A stretch of DNA of 64,000 nt, from positions 88,328 through 152,327 of the forward strand of contig JBAYKL010000002.1 of NCBI GenBank assembly GCA_041664585.1, given 5' to 3'. This stretch comes from Minisyncoccota bacterium. GTDB lineage: Bacteria; Patescibacteriota; Minisyncoccia; Phycocordibacterales; GWA1-40-21. The position numbers and the translations under genes are program-made. The notes under the pieces are model-generated. The model was not told the DNA's origin, did not search any database, and saw only the letters and a program-made list of their open reading frames with translations. Within the stretch, counting starts at the first letter, position 1; each line of letters starts with the position of its first letter. This document shows positions 28,515-37,912 of this stretch, piece after piece.

Positions 28515-29087
28515 TTATACTTTTTCTACAAAAATAGCCAGCTTTTTCCAACTCTTTTTGAAATCAGAAATATTAACAAACTTATTCTTACCGTCTGCAT
28601 CAGATTTTGCTTCTGGATCGTTAATATATAATCCCTTTATAACATCCCCACACTCCTCAATCCCAGATACCACAACCATATGTCCAGAAGTTCTTGGGTT
28701 ATTTATATCCTTAGCTAGAGAGACTAGTACTGGTAATCCAGCTTTTATGTTACTAATTATTTTATTGATTCCAAAATCTAAAAGATTTTCTGAATGATCT
28801 AAATTCTTAAATTCTTGTCTGTAAGAAGGAATGTTATTATTTCTCAAAAGAATTACGAGTAGTTCGTGTCCCCAACCATATTGTTCAGTGTATCCATCAT
28901 GAACTCTATCTCTTTTTTCTAATTCTTTTGAAATTAAGAGACCTTCCTTTACTAAATCTCTAGTTTCGGTTTTTATTCCAAAATAATCTAATACCATTTT
29001 TACACAAACAATAGCACAAACTTTTGTTTGCCAAATATTTTCTATTTCTTCAGAATATTGAGAATAAAAAGGTATATCCAATTTCAT
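28515..29087 (-). CDS. C39-like (papain-fold) peptidase
   Basis: IPFYSQ, CAIVCVKMVLDYFG, GHMVVV, INDP (Q-C-H-D). ATG at 29087 overlaps the pheT TAA (TAATG); alternative start 29102. Confidence 0.8.
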   Translation of the reverse strand: MKLDIPFYSQYSEEIENIWQTKVCAIVCVKMVLDYFGIKTETRDLVKEGLLISKELEKRDRVHDGYTEQYGWGHELLVILLRNNNIPSYRQEFKNLDHSENLLDFGINKIISNIKAGLPVLVSLAKDINNPRTSGHMVVVSGIEECGDVIKGLYINDPEAKSDADGKNKFVNISDFKKSWKKLAIFVEKV

Positions 29088-31459
29088 TATCTTACTTGCC
29101 AACCATTATTAGCGTTCATTTTATCTGTAATCTTTTGCATTATAGAATTTACTTCATCGTCAGTAAGAGTTCTCTCATAGGATTGAAATATCAAACGATA
29201 CGCGTAAGAAGTTTTTGAAGAGCCATCTTCAAATTTCTTAGTAAAGACATCGAACAATCTATTTTTAATCATAAGATCACCAGCTTCTTTTGAAATAATT
29301 TCAAATACTTCTTCTGATTTTGTACCTTCTGGGGTAAACACAGCAATATCTCTTATCATAAAAGGATACTGAGATATTTTTTTAAATCTTTTTGTTTTAT
29401 CCCCTACTTCAGAAAAATCATATTCTTTCGTATCGCTATCTATTTCTGACATTATTTTATCCCATTCATATTCAGCAATATTTTCTTCTTTATTTATCTT
29501 AGACAAGCTTACACCCAAGACTTCAGAAATTGCTTTTCCTGCCTCATTTAATAAATCAGCCTCTTTTGGTTTTTTAACCCCCAAAGGATTTTTTACACCG
29601 ATAGCCAATCTTTGAGATTCACCATCTTTAGTGAATACATGTCCAAATTCAAATATCTTTATCTGAGACATTTCTACAAGTTCATTATATCTCACATTAA
29701 ATTCTAAAGAATCTTTAATTCCATCTGTAAGATTTGTTCTTAAATACTTTCTTTCTGAGGACATTGGGTTCTCAAGTTCTATTTCCCCACTATTTCTAAA
29801 AGAATAATTTATAACTTCGGAAAAACCCAAATCATACAAAATTCGTCTTACCTTTTCTTTATAGTAGAAATCTTTATTGACCACCGCATTAACACTTTCA
29901 TTTGGTAAGGCAACATTTGTTATTTTGTCATAACCATATATTCTACCTATGTCTTCGGCCAAATCTTCTTTAATTCTCAAATCTAATCTTTCATCTGGTA
30001 CAGTAATAACAAATCTTTCTTCCCCATCGGTCATTCTTCTATAACCAACAATATTTTTGAATCTCTCAGCTTTATCTAAATCTCCAACAACTACTTTTCC
30101 AAATAGTTCGGTTGTGTAGATAACTTTTCCATCACCTATATATATGCCAACATGATCTACGCCATGTTCTGCTTTCGTACCAGGAAGAAAATTTATTGTC
30201 TCATAATGAATATTACCAACGCCAGTATTTGAGAAAATCATGTCTCCTGGTATAAGTTCTCCTTTTGAGATTTCCTTTCCAAAAACAAATTGATCTATTG
30301 AAACGCGAGGAATCTGAACTCCCGCTCTAGAAAAACAATACAAGGCAAAACCCGAACAATCAAATGAGTTCGGCGCCTCATAAGTGATACTTGAACCTTT
30401 TTTATAAGGAACACCAATCAAAAAATTAGCAACTTCTAAAACCTTTTCAACAGGTTTTACTTTCTCATATTCAAAACCAAATTTATTAAAAATCTCTTCT
30501 ATATCTTTATCTGTGATATTTACACCAATAATAGAGCTCGCCTCTTTAGAAGAAATACCAAGTTTATATTTATTTGCTCTCCTTGGATAATTATCAAAAA
30601 CTTCTCCTACTTTTGTATCCGGAGTACCGGCAATTTCTACAATAACTTTTGTGAGAACATCCATCGCTTCCCCCGCCATTTCTGCAGCATAGTCATTTTC
30701 ATATCTCTTTGATGCATCTGTTTGGATCCTTAATCTTTGAGATGTTTTTCTTACAAGCACAGGATCAAAACTTGCTGATTCAAGTACTATATTTTTTGTA
30801 TTCTCATCAAGCTCCGCGTATGTTCCACCCTTAATACCAGCTATAGCCAAAGGATTTGAGCCGTCTGTAATGAGTAAAACATTTTCGTCTAAATCAACCT
30901 CCTTTTTATCAAGTGTAGTGATGTGATCTCCTAATTTTGCTTTTTGTACACTAATCAAAATATTTTCCTTAGCAAGTTTATCTGCATCAAAAGCATGCAT
31001 CGGCTGGCCAATCTCAAACATCACAAAATTTGTAGCGTCTACTACATTATTTATAGATCTCTGCCCTATCGCTTCTATTCTTTCTTTAAGCCAATCTGGA
31101 GATTCATGTACCAAGACATTTTCAACAACTCTTCCTATGTATCTTCTACAAAGTTTTTCGTCTTCTATTTTTACATCCAACTTTTTTAAAGTCTGAAAAA
31201 TTTGAAAATCTTTTAGTTCTCTAGAATTCTTTTTTACTTTTAATCCAAATATCGCCCCGACTTCTTTAGCTATACCTCTATGACACAAACAACTGTGATT
31301 TAAATTCGGCAATACCTTAACATCAAAAATCTGATCGTCTCCTTTTGATTCAATACCCTCGACTTCCAAAGAATGCATGGTAAGACCATCTGCAATTTTA
31401 TTTACATCTGGTAGGTTATTATCAAAAAAGTTTTTGAGCCAATTATAGGAAATAATCAT
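29087..31459 (-). CDS. pheT: Phenylalanine--tRNA ligase beta subunit with inserted NlpC/P60 domain; B2 OB fold absent
   Basis: ISYNWL, INNVVDATN, GQPMHAFD, ESASF, TDAS.R, RLDL..EDL.E...RIYGY, RDIA, RTLTD; NlpC/P60 insert about 30032-30455. Confidence 0.95.
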   Translation of the reverse strand: MIISYNWLKNFFDNNLPDVNKIADGLTMHSLEVEGIESKGDDQIFDVKVLPNLNHSCLCHRGIAKEVGAIFGLKVKKNSRELKDFQIFQTLKKLDVKIEDEKLCRRYIGRVVENVLVHESPDWLKERIEAIGQRSINNVVDATNFVMFEIGQPMHAFDADKLAKENILISVQKAKLGDHITTLDKKEVDLDENVLLITDGSNPLAIAGIKGGTYAELDENTKNIVLESASFDPVLVRKTSQRLRIQTDASKRYENDYAAEMAGEAMDVLTKVIVEIAGTPDTKVGEVFDNYPRRANKYKLGISSKEASSIIGVNITDKDIEEIFNKFGFEYEKVKPVEKVLEVANFLIGVPYKKGSSITYEAPNSFDCSGFALYCFSRAGVQIPRVSIDQFVFGKEISKGELIPGDMIFSNTGVGNIHYETINFLPGTKAEHGVDHVGIYIGDGKVIYTTELFGKVVVGDLDKAERFKNIVGYRRMTDGEERFVITVPDERLDLRIKEDLAEDIGRIYGYDKITNVALPNESVNAVVNKDFYYKEKVRRILYDLGFSEVINYSFRNSGEIELENPMSSERKYLRTNLTDGIKDSLEFNVRYNELVEMSQIKIFEFGHVFTKDGESQRLAIGVKNPLGVKKPKEADLLNEAGKAISEVLGVSLSKINKEENIAEYEWDKIMSEIDSDTKEYDFSEVGDKTKRFKKISQYPFMIRDIAVFTPEGTKSEEVFEIISKEAGDLMIKNRLFDVFTKKFEDGSSKTSYAYRLIFQSYERTLTDDEVNSIMQKITDKMNANNGWQVR

Positions 31460-31461
31460 AA

Positions 31462-32217
31462 TTAAAATTGATTAACCAGACGTAAATCTCCTGAATAAAA
31501 TAAACGGATATCGTCTATACTATATTTAAGCATCGCGAGTCTATCTACCCCAACACCAAAAGCAAAACCTTTCCATTCGTTTGGATTAATCCCGACCCTG
31601 CTTAAAACTTTCGGATGGACAACCCCAGCACCCATTACTTCCACCCAACCAGTACCTTTGCATACCGGGCATCCAACTTCACCCTTACACTTAAAGCAAG
31701 AGATGTCTATTTCTGCTCCTGGTTCAACGAAAGGAAAATAGCTAGGTCTGAATCTTACATCGATATCTTTTTCAAAAAATTCGTCAAAAAATTTATTTAA
31801 TACTGTCTTAAGGGTAGCAAGAGAAACTTCTTTATCAACATACAAACCTTCAAGTTGTTGAAATTGTGCCTCATGTGTAGCGTCTGTCGCTTCTTTTCTA
31901 TATGTCTTTCCTGGACAAAGAATTTTAATTGGTGGATTTTTATTTCCTTCCATATGGTGAATCTGCATGGCGCTAGTCTGCGTACGCATAAGTCTTCTTT
32001 CTACCCCTGGTAAATCCTTGGTTGGTTTAACCCAAAAAGTATCCTGCATATCTCTTGCTGGATGATCTTTTGGAACATTGAGAGCATCAAAATTGTAATA
32101 TTCTGTTTCAAGTTCTGGACCATCTACAAGAGTAAAACCCATCTTAAAAAAGATACGATTTATATCGTCTACGACTCTAGTCAGCGGGTGAACGTGAATA
32201 TTCTTATTTTTATCCAT
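31462..32217 (-). CDS. pheS: Phenylalanine--tRNA ligase alpha subunit (no N-terminal coiled coil)
   Basis: HPL, NFDALN..HPARDMQDTF, RTQTS, FRPSYFPFVEP, GFAFGVG.DRL. Confidence 0.96.
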   Translation of the reverse strand: MDKNKNIHVHPLTRVVDDINRIFFKMGFTLVDGPELETEYYNFDALNVPKDHPARDMQDTFWVKPTKDLPGVERRLMRTQTSAMQIHHMEGNKNPPIKILCPGKTYRKEATDATHEAQFQQLEGLYVDKEVSLATLKTVLNKFFDEFFEKDIDVRFRPSYFPFVEPGAEIDISCFKCKGEVGCPVCKGTGWVEVMGAGVVHPKVLSRVGINPNEWKGFAFGVGVDRLAMLKYSIDDIRLFYSGDLRLVNQF

Positions 32218-32248
32218 TTCTAGAATTATATCTGAATTATTAAAGAAA

Positions 32249-33118
32249 TCAAAGAAGAATTTCAGCTAAGTATTCACCGTCTTTAACATAAATAATACCG
32301 TCAATTATCCTAAAATCTGGAGTTTTACCTTTATAGAGCAATTGTATACTTTTGTCTGGGTTTACTTCTGCTTCAACAGCGAACACACTGTCTTCAAAAG
32401 AAAGCACGACGACGTCACTTTCCCCAGGAAGAAAATCTATCTTCCTTGGCTCCCTACCAAGATCAAACAACATTACTTTTTTATTACACTCCCTTTCATC
32501 ACAAAAAGTATTAGGAGCAGAATCTATACTTCCAGACCAACTCATAAAGACTTTACCTCCCTCTTTCCATAAACCAATCTTCTTGTTAATTATAGGTGAA
32601 GCTAAGGTGCCCAAATTCTTTTCCTTTACAGTACTGGTCGATTTTTTGGTAGAGAAATAAATCAACAAATCAGAGTACTCTGTATTAAGTATTTTTGAAA
32701 TTGTGCTTGTTCCTGTACTTGAAGCTATTTCTTTTGATAAATATTTTGGTATTTCTCTGGTTTCAACTTTTTCTTGTAACATAAATACCCTGGCATCAGA
32801 AACTAAATTGTCTAAAACTTTTATTTTCTTCTTCCAAACATTATATCCTTCTTTTTTTACAACAACGTCATATATATTCGGTCTTAAATCTTTAATCAAA
32901 ATACTTCTGTTAAAAAAACTTGTTGTATCAATAAGTTTAGAATTTAAATATATCTCTGAATTATTCGGTGCAGACATAAGATACATCCCACCAGTTTTTA
33001 AAAGACTAAAACCTTCGCTGAATATGTGTCCTGTAGAATACAAAACAACTAGTGGCGCTAAAATAAAGAAGGCCGCTACAAATATTATAAAATTAATTTT
33101 TCTTTTTTTACTTAACAT
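32249..33118 (-). CDS. Membrane-anchored PEGA-domain protein
   Basis: TM..TGG.Y..S.P..S.IYLN..Y.V.V.KEGY..W.K. Confidence 0.65.
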   Translation of the reverse strand: MLSKKRKINFIIFVAAFFILAPLVVLYSTGHIFSEGFSLLKTGGMYLMSAPNNSEIYLNSKLIDTTSFFNRSILIKDLRPNIYDVVVKKEGYNVWKKKIKVLDNLVSDARVFMLQEKVETREIPKYLSKEIASSTGTSTISKILNTEYSDLLIYFSTKKSTSTVKEKNLGTLASPIINKKIGLWKEGGKVFMSWSGSIDSAPNTFCDERECNKKVMLFDLGREPRKIDFLPGESDVVVLSFEDSVFAVEAEVNPDKSIQLLYKGKTPDFRIIDGIIYVKDGEYLAEILL

Positions 33119-34653
33119 TTTGTTTTCCTATGTTTAGGTGTAACCCAGAATCCCATATATTTACCAAACATTAGTCTTGTTTGAGCATCTATAGCCGGTA
33201 CATTACCAAATACTATAACAATAATAGGTATTAGAAACCACTGAAGCACATAAATAAACTTTTGCTTTATACCAAACCCCTCTGGATGTGGAGGTAAAAA
33301 ACCAAAAGACACAGTGGCAGAAAGAATGAGTCCGATCATGGTAAGAGTCATAAGGTTGCTAGTAACCAAAGGAAGGTTGTAAGAAAGAACAGTCTCATTA
33401 AAATGCTTACCCCCTAAAATAAGTGGTGTCCAACCAAGGAGCAAAATAAGTATTGAGCTAGTAGATCTTGTCCAAGCCCCTTCAACCATCAAAAAAGAAA
33501 AAACGAGTTTTTTAAATTTTGGAATCTTTTTGTTTTTCAAAAACCCGAAAAGAACATAAGGGAGATTTTCAACTCCCCATGCCCATCTTCTTTGTTGTTT
33601 ATATACATTCAAAATAGTTGGCCAAAATCCATGAGCAAGATTTGCATCCATAGATACAGGATATGACATAGGGACTACAGTATATTTTCCGTCAAAAGCA
33701 AGGAAGGCATTCCAAAAAATTCTAGAGTCTTCTGATACAATGTTTTTTTGCCAATAACCTATGTCGTGCAATGTTTTAAAACTCACAGAATGAGAAGAGA
33801 AAGTCTCAAGTTTATCTGGCCTCTCTTGCTGTATCATCTGCCATAAAGTACTAGACGCTCCAGAAACCCTAGAAAGAGCCGGAGTATCCCAAATATTATT
33901 ATTATAAAAAGGAACTGGTTGGAAAGAACTTCTGTATGGGTCCTCCGCTGTAAGAAAATGCCAAGTTAAACAATTTAGATACTGCGGATACACAACAGTA
34001 TCGATATCGAAAGCAGAAACAATTACATCAGAATAATCTATATTGTTTATATCGAGTATCTCCTCTTTAGTAGTCTTGGCTGCATAAGCAATATTTGAAC
34101 CCTTACCAGCTAATTCACCCGGAACATTTGCTGGGTGTTTTGTAATCAAAAAATATCCAAATTTGTCTCCAAATTTATTCTTCGCCTCCTGAGCTACATC
34201 TTCTGCAATCTTACCAGCCTTAGCCTCAGAAGCTAGTACGATAATAATTTTGGAGTTATCATAATCACATTCCAAAATTGATTCCAAGCCTTTTTCTACA
34301 ACATGCAATGATTCATTATAAAAAGGCAAGATTATCATATGCATAATCTTTTCGTATCTCAAATTACTAAGTTTAGATTTCCAATCCACAGTTATGTTGT
34401 GCTTTGTCCTTTTCCAATTTTTATAAAGATAAATTGAAAGATATACTGTTTTTAATAACCAATATAAATCAAAAATAATTATAAATAATGCTCCTAAAAA
34501 TGGAGACATGAAAGAAATACCAAAAATAGCAAAAAGGGTAAACCAGGTAATAACTCCAGGCATTATTTCTAAGGCTCTATAAATTCTTCTGTCTACCCCA
34601 GACAAGTCACTCGCTCTTCCTATATTAAAATACGGGGTGTTTTTATAGTCCAT
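33112..34653 (-). CDS. Family 2 glycosyltransferase (processive, multi-TM)
   Basis: LPFYNE, GKGSN, FDID, VSED, QQRRW (QxxRW). Confidence 0.85.
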   Translation of the reverse strand: MDYKNTPYFNIGRASDLSGVDRRIYRALEIMPGVITWFTLFAIFGISFMSPFLGALFIIIFDLYWLLKTVYLSIYLYKNWKRTKHNITVDWKSKLSNLRYEKIMHMIILPFYNESLHVVEKGLESILECDYDNSKIIIVLASEAKAGKIAEDVAQEAKNKFGDKFGYFLITKHPANVPGELAGKGSNIAYAAKTTKEEILDINNIDYSDVIVSAFDIDTVVYPQYLNCLTWHFLTAEDPYRSSFQPVPFYNNNIWDTPALSRVSGASSTLWQMIQQERPDKLETFSSHSVSFKTLHDIGYWQKNIVSEDSRIFWNAFLAFDGKYTVVPMSYPVSMDANLAHGFWPTILNVYKQQRRWAWGVENLPYVLFGFLKNKKIPKFKKLVFSFLMVEGAWTRSTSSILILLLGWTPLILGGKHFNETVLSYNLPLVTSNLMTLTMIGLILSATVSFGFLPPHPEGFGIKQKFIYVLQWFLIPIIVIVFGNVPAIDAQTRLMFGKYMGFWVTPKHRKTKC

Positions 34654-34664
34654 ACGATAAATCG

Positions 34665-34740
34665 TGGAGCCACCTCTCGGGCTTGAACCGAGGACCTATT
34701 GTTTACAAAACAATTGCTCTACCAACTGAGCTAAGGTGGC
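34665..34740 (-). tRNA. tRNA-Thr(UGU) with encoded CCA
   Basis: GCCACCTTAGCTCAGTTGGTAGAGCAATTGTTTTGTAAACAATAGGTCCTCGGTTCAAGCCCGAGAGGTGGCTCCA; cloverleaf, anticodon TGT, discriminator U. Confidence 0.97.
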
Positions 34741-34812
34741 CTAAATTAACCTCAAAGAAACAAGAAATTAACCGGTTAATTTCTTAAGTAATATAGCAAA
34801 AAAAGATAAAAA

Positions 34813-35193
34813 TTACAAATTTTTATCTCTTAAAGAATCCTTATATTCTGAGACATTCCTAAGAAAGAAAGACACCGAGCCTTTCTTGTGTATATCCTGT
34901 TTTGTTATTGGGCTCAAAAAGAATCTTGGCTGTTTGCTATCAAATCTCCTTTTCAAGTAAACTATCTCTTTTTTAATCCAATTTAAGATAATAAAATAAA
35001 GTTTTTGAAAATTTTTGAATTTAATCTTAGAAAAAATCTTTCTGCTTTTAGAAATTGTATCGTGACAATAATCATCCCCCTTAGAAAGGATTTTAGAAAA
35101 TGCATGCTTTTCGTTATGTTTAAGTTCAAAAAGCTTTATACCAAAAAAGCTTAGAATGAGTATTAGAGAAACATAAAACGATATAATCGCCAT
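34813..35193 (-). CDS. Hypothetical membrane-anchored basic protein
   Basis: 126-aa ORF 3 nt after tsf, N-terminal TM helix. Confidence 0.7.
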   Translation of the reverse strand: MAIISFYVSLILILSFFGIKLFELKHNEKHAFSKILSKGDDYCHDTISKSRKIFSKIKFKNFQKLYFIILNWIKKEIVYLKRRFDSKQPRFFLSPITKQDIHKKGSVSFFLRNVSEYKDSLRDKNL

Positions 35194-35196
35194 AAT

Positions 35197-35784
35197 TTAT
35201 TTACTGACACTGAATCTAACATATCTACCAACTTCGATCTTTTCACCGAATTTGTTTATAGCATTCTGAATCAAGCTGTTTATAGTCTGACTCGGATCTT
35301 TAATGTATTCTTGTTCAAGTAATATCTTCTCTTTAAAGAATGAATCTAACTTACCAGTCAAAATCTTCTCTCTCATGTTTTCTGGCTTGTCCTTTACTTC
35401 AGGAGCAAAAGCTTCCATAACTTTAGCCTTTTCTTCTTCAGTAACATCTTCCTTCTTTAAATAAGTGGGATTTGTAGCAGCAATCTGCATAGCTATTTCA
35501 TAAGCAAGTTTTTGAAAGTCTTCGTTCTTTGAAACGAAATCTGTTTCGCTACAAAGTTCAATCAAAACACCGACGTTTCCGACGCCGTGAATATAAGAAG
35601 CTATTCTGCCTGCTTTTAGTGTTCTTTCAGCTTTTTTAGCTTGGGCATCAGCACCTCTTTTTTGTAAAAGAATTTCTGCCTTACCCATATCTCCTCCAGC
35701 TTCTTCAAGAACCTTTCTACATTGCATAACAGAGATACCTGTTTTTTCTCTTAATTCTTTAACTTGTTCTGTTGTAATAACCAT
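35197..35784 (-). CDS. tsf: Elongation factor Ts (short form)
   Basis: VKELREKTG, ELCSETDFV, LLEQ.YIKD. Confidence 0.96.
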   Translation of the reverse strand: MVITTEQVKELREKTGISVMQCRKVLEEAGGDMGKAEILLQKRGADAQAKKAERTLKAGRIASYIHGVGNVGVLIELCSETDFVSKNEDFQKLAYEIAMQIAATNPTYLKKEDVTEEEKAKVMEAFAPEVKDKPENMREKILTGKLDSFFKEKILLEQEYIKDPSQTINSLIQNAINKFGEKIEVGRYVRFSVSK

Positions 35785-35837
35785 AAAAAAATATTTAATT
35801 ATAAAAAGAAACTATTAAATTACTAGAAAAACAAAAA

Positions 35838-36548
35838 CTAAGCTTTTGCTACTTTTCCAGCTTTGTAAGCCTTTGCAATTTCTGAGACGATGAAAGAAAT
35901 ACTTGAAACTGATGAGTCGTTACCGATTATAGGATAATCAACAATTTTGATATCACAGTCTGTATTAGCAATACCAATAACTGGAATATTCATTTTCTTA
36001 GCTTCCATAACAGCATTGATTTCTTTTTTAGGATCAACTACAAATAGAGCTTTAGGAGCATCTTTCAAACCAGTAATACCTGAGAACATTTTGTCGAGCT
36101 TTTCGATTTCTATATCGATAAGCATTCTTTCTCTCTTGGTGTATTTTGCTAATTCACCTTTTTCTTTTTGTTTTGTAAGATCTTCAAACTTAGCAAGTCT
36201 CTTTTTAATTTCTGTAAAGTTTGTAATAGTACCACCAATCCATCTACCTGCTACGAATGGCATATCTACAGACAAAGCAGCTATCTTAACAGCCTCTCTT
36301 GCTTCGTTTTTGCTTGATACGAAAAGAATAGTTTTACCTGTTTTTGCAAGGTTACCAACAAACTCTTTTACTACTTCGAGCATTTCGAAAGTCTTTTCTA
36401 AGTCTATTATTTCTACCTTATTTTTTGTTCCAAAAATATAAGGGGCTGTAGAAGCATGTCTTTTAGATTTAGCATATCCAAAATGGACGCCTGCTTTAAA
36501 CATCGCCTCAATTGTCTCGTTATTTACTGGTTTCTTTTGTTCTATCAT
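35838..36548 (-). CDS. rpsB: 30S ribosomal protein S2
   Basis: AGVHFG, RWIGGTITNF, NTDCD, GND. ATG 36548 preferred; the TTG at 36587 is the -35 box. Confidence 0.96.
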   Translation of the reverse strand: MIEQKKPVNNETIEAMFKAGVHFGYAKSKRHASTAPYIFGTKNKVEIIDLEKTFEMLEVVKEFVGNLAKTGKTILFVSSKNEAREAVKIAALSVDMPFVAGRWIGGTITNFTEIKKRLAKFEDLTKQKEKGELAKYTKRERMLIDIEIEKLDKMFSGITGLKDAPKALFVVDPKKEINAVMEAKKMNIPVIGIANTDCDIKIVDYPIIGNDSSVSSISFIVSEIAKAYKAGKVAKA

Positions 36549-36595
36549 AAGTGGTAGAAGTCTAGCAGAAAAAAGCCAACTTAGCAACCCTTTTC

Positions 36596-37588
36596 TTAAT
36601 CTGCATCAACCTCTGAATCGCCATCTTGTGGCTTACCGTCTGTTTTAACTAAATAATCAATAATATCGACTAACCCTTCACCCAAGAAAATATTTTCTAT
36701 ATTAAACCAAGACTTTTTAACTCTGTGGTCTGTTACTCTATCCTGAAGTACATTGTATGTTCTTATTTTCTCTGATCTATCTGCAGTACCAATCTGTTCT
36801 TTTCTTTCTGAGGCAAATTTCTTCGCTTCTTCCTCTTCTTTCAAAACCTCCAGCTTAGCCATGAGAATAGACATAGCTTTTTCTCTATTTTTAAGCTGAC
36901 TTCTCTCCGCAGTAGAACGAACATCTATACCTGTTGGTAAGTGAACAATTCTTACAGCTGTTTCAACCTTGTTAACATTCTGACCACCCGCTCCTCCTGA
37001 TCTAGAAAACTCTACTTGAAGATCAGCTGGCTTAATTTCCATTTTTGTTTTCTTTCTAATCGGCAGAACAGCAACTGAAATAGTAGAGGTATGAACTCTT
37101 CCTGATTTTTCTGTATTTGGAACTCTCTGTACTCTGTGAACTCCAGTTTCAAATCTCAGTCCTTTGTATACATCCTTACCTCTCATTTCAACGACAACCT
37201 CTTTATATGCACCAAGAGAGCTCCTGGATTCACTTACTATGTCATAAGACCAATTCTTTATATCAGCAACTCCCTTATACATCTTAAACATATCCTCGGC
37301 AAAAATAGCAGCCTCTTCTCCACCCACACCAGCTCTTATTTCTATAATAGCCTCATTCGGAAATTTTTCTTCCTCTTCGTCTCCTGCAACAATTTCCTTC
37401 ATTTGTGTAAGGAGGTTTTCTTTTTGAGATTGTATACTTTTAATCTCCTCTTCAGCCAACGCAAAAAGACCTTGGTCCTTCTCGGCCATTTTTTTTATTG
37501 ACTCTTCTTCATTATCTAACCTTAAATATTCCTCGGCTAAAAAAGTAGTCTTTCTATTTTTTCTAAATTCTTCAATAATATCTTGCAT
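36596..37588 (-). CDS. prfA: Peptide chain release factor 1
   Basis: [21 protein letters not shown] (PxT), [16 protein letters not shown] 37588 lies 7 nt after TGATAAAAT. Confidence 0.93.
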   Translation of the reverse strand: MQDIIEEFRKNRKTTFLAEEYLRLDNEEESIKKMAEKDQGLFALAEEEIKSIQSQKENLLTQMKEIVAGDEEEEKFPNEAIIEIRAGVGGEEAAIFAEDMFKMYKGVADIKNWSYDIVSESRSSLGAYKEVVVEMRGKDVYKGLRFETGVHRVQRVPNTEKSGRVHTSTISVAVLPIRKKTKMEIKPADLQVEFSRSGGAGGQNVNKVETAVRIVHLPTGIDVRSTAERSQLKNREKAMSILMAKLEVLKEEEEAKKFASERKEQIGTADRSEKIRTYNVLQDRVTDHRVKKSWFNIENIFLGEGLVDIIDYLVKTDGKPQDGDSEVDAD

Positions 37589-37609
37589 ATAATTTATTTT
37601 ATCAAATAT

Positions 37610-37650
37610 AATCAAAAAACCGAACTATAAAAAGATTCGGTTTTTTGATT
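37610..37650 (-). terminator. rpmE terminator
   Basis: AAAAAACCGAA...TTCGGTTTTTT hairpin. Confidence 0.65.
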
Positions 37651-37658
37651 TAGCCTTG

Positions 37659-37874
37659 TTATTTCTTTTTTGTAGAAGCTGCCTTTCTTGCTCTGAATTT
37701 CTCAACTCTTCCTGCGGTATCTAGTGTCTTTTCTGTACCAGTATAGAAAGGGTGACAAGCCGCACAAATTTCAATATGTATTTCTTCTTTAGTTGAACCA
37801 AAATCATAAATAGCACCACATGCACATGTAGTCTTTGCTGAATCATTATATTTTGGATGTATGTCTTTTTTCAT
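37659..37874 (-). CDS. rpmE: 50S ribosomal protein L31 (zinc type)
   Basis: MKKDIHPKY, CACG, CAACHPFYTG, GRVEKF. Confidence 0.97.
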   Translation of the reverse strand: MKKDIHPKYNDSAKTTCACGAIYDFGSTKEEIHIEICAACHPFYTGTEKTLDTAGRVEKFRARKAASTKKK

Positions 37875-37912
37875 AGAGATGCATAATAACAGAATAGACC
37901 TATAAATGCAAG

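Noticed and set aside
34600-34760. Integrated element at tRNA-Thr
   Set aside because: No integrase, no duplicated tRNA 3' end noticed, and the flanks are ordinary chromosomal genes.
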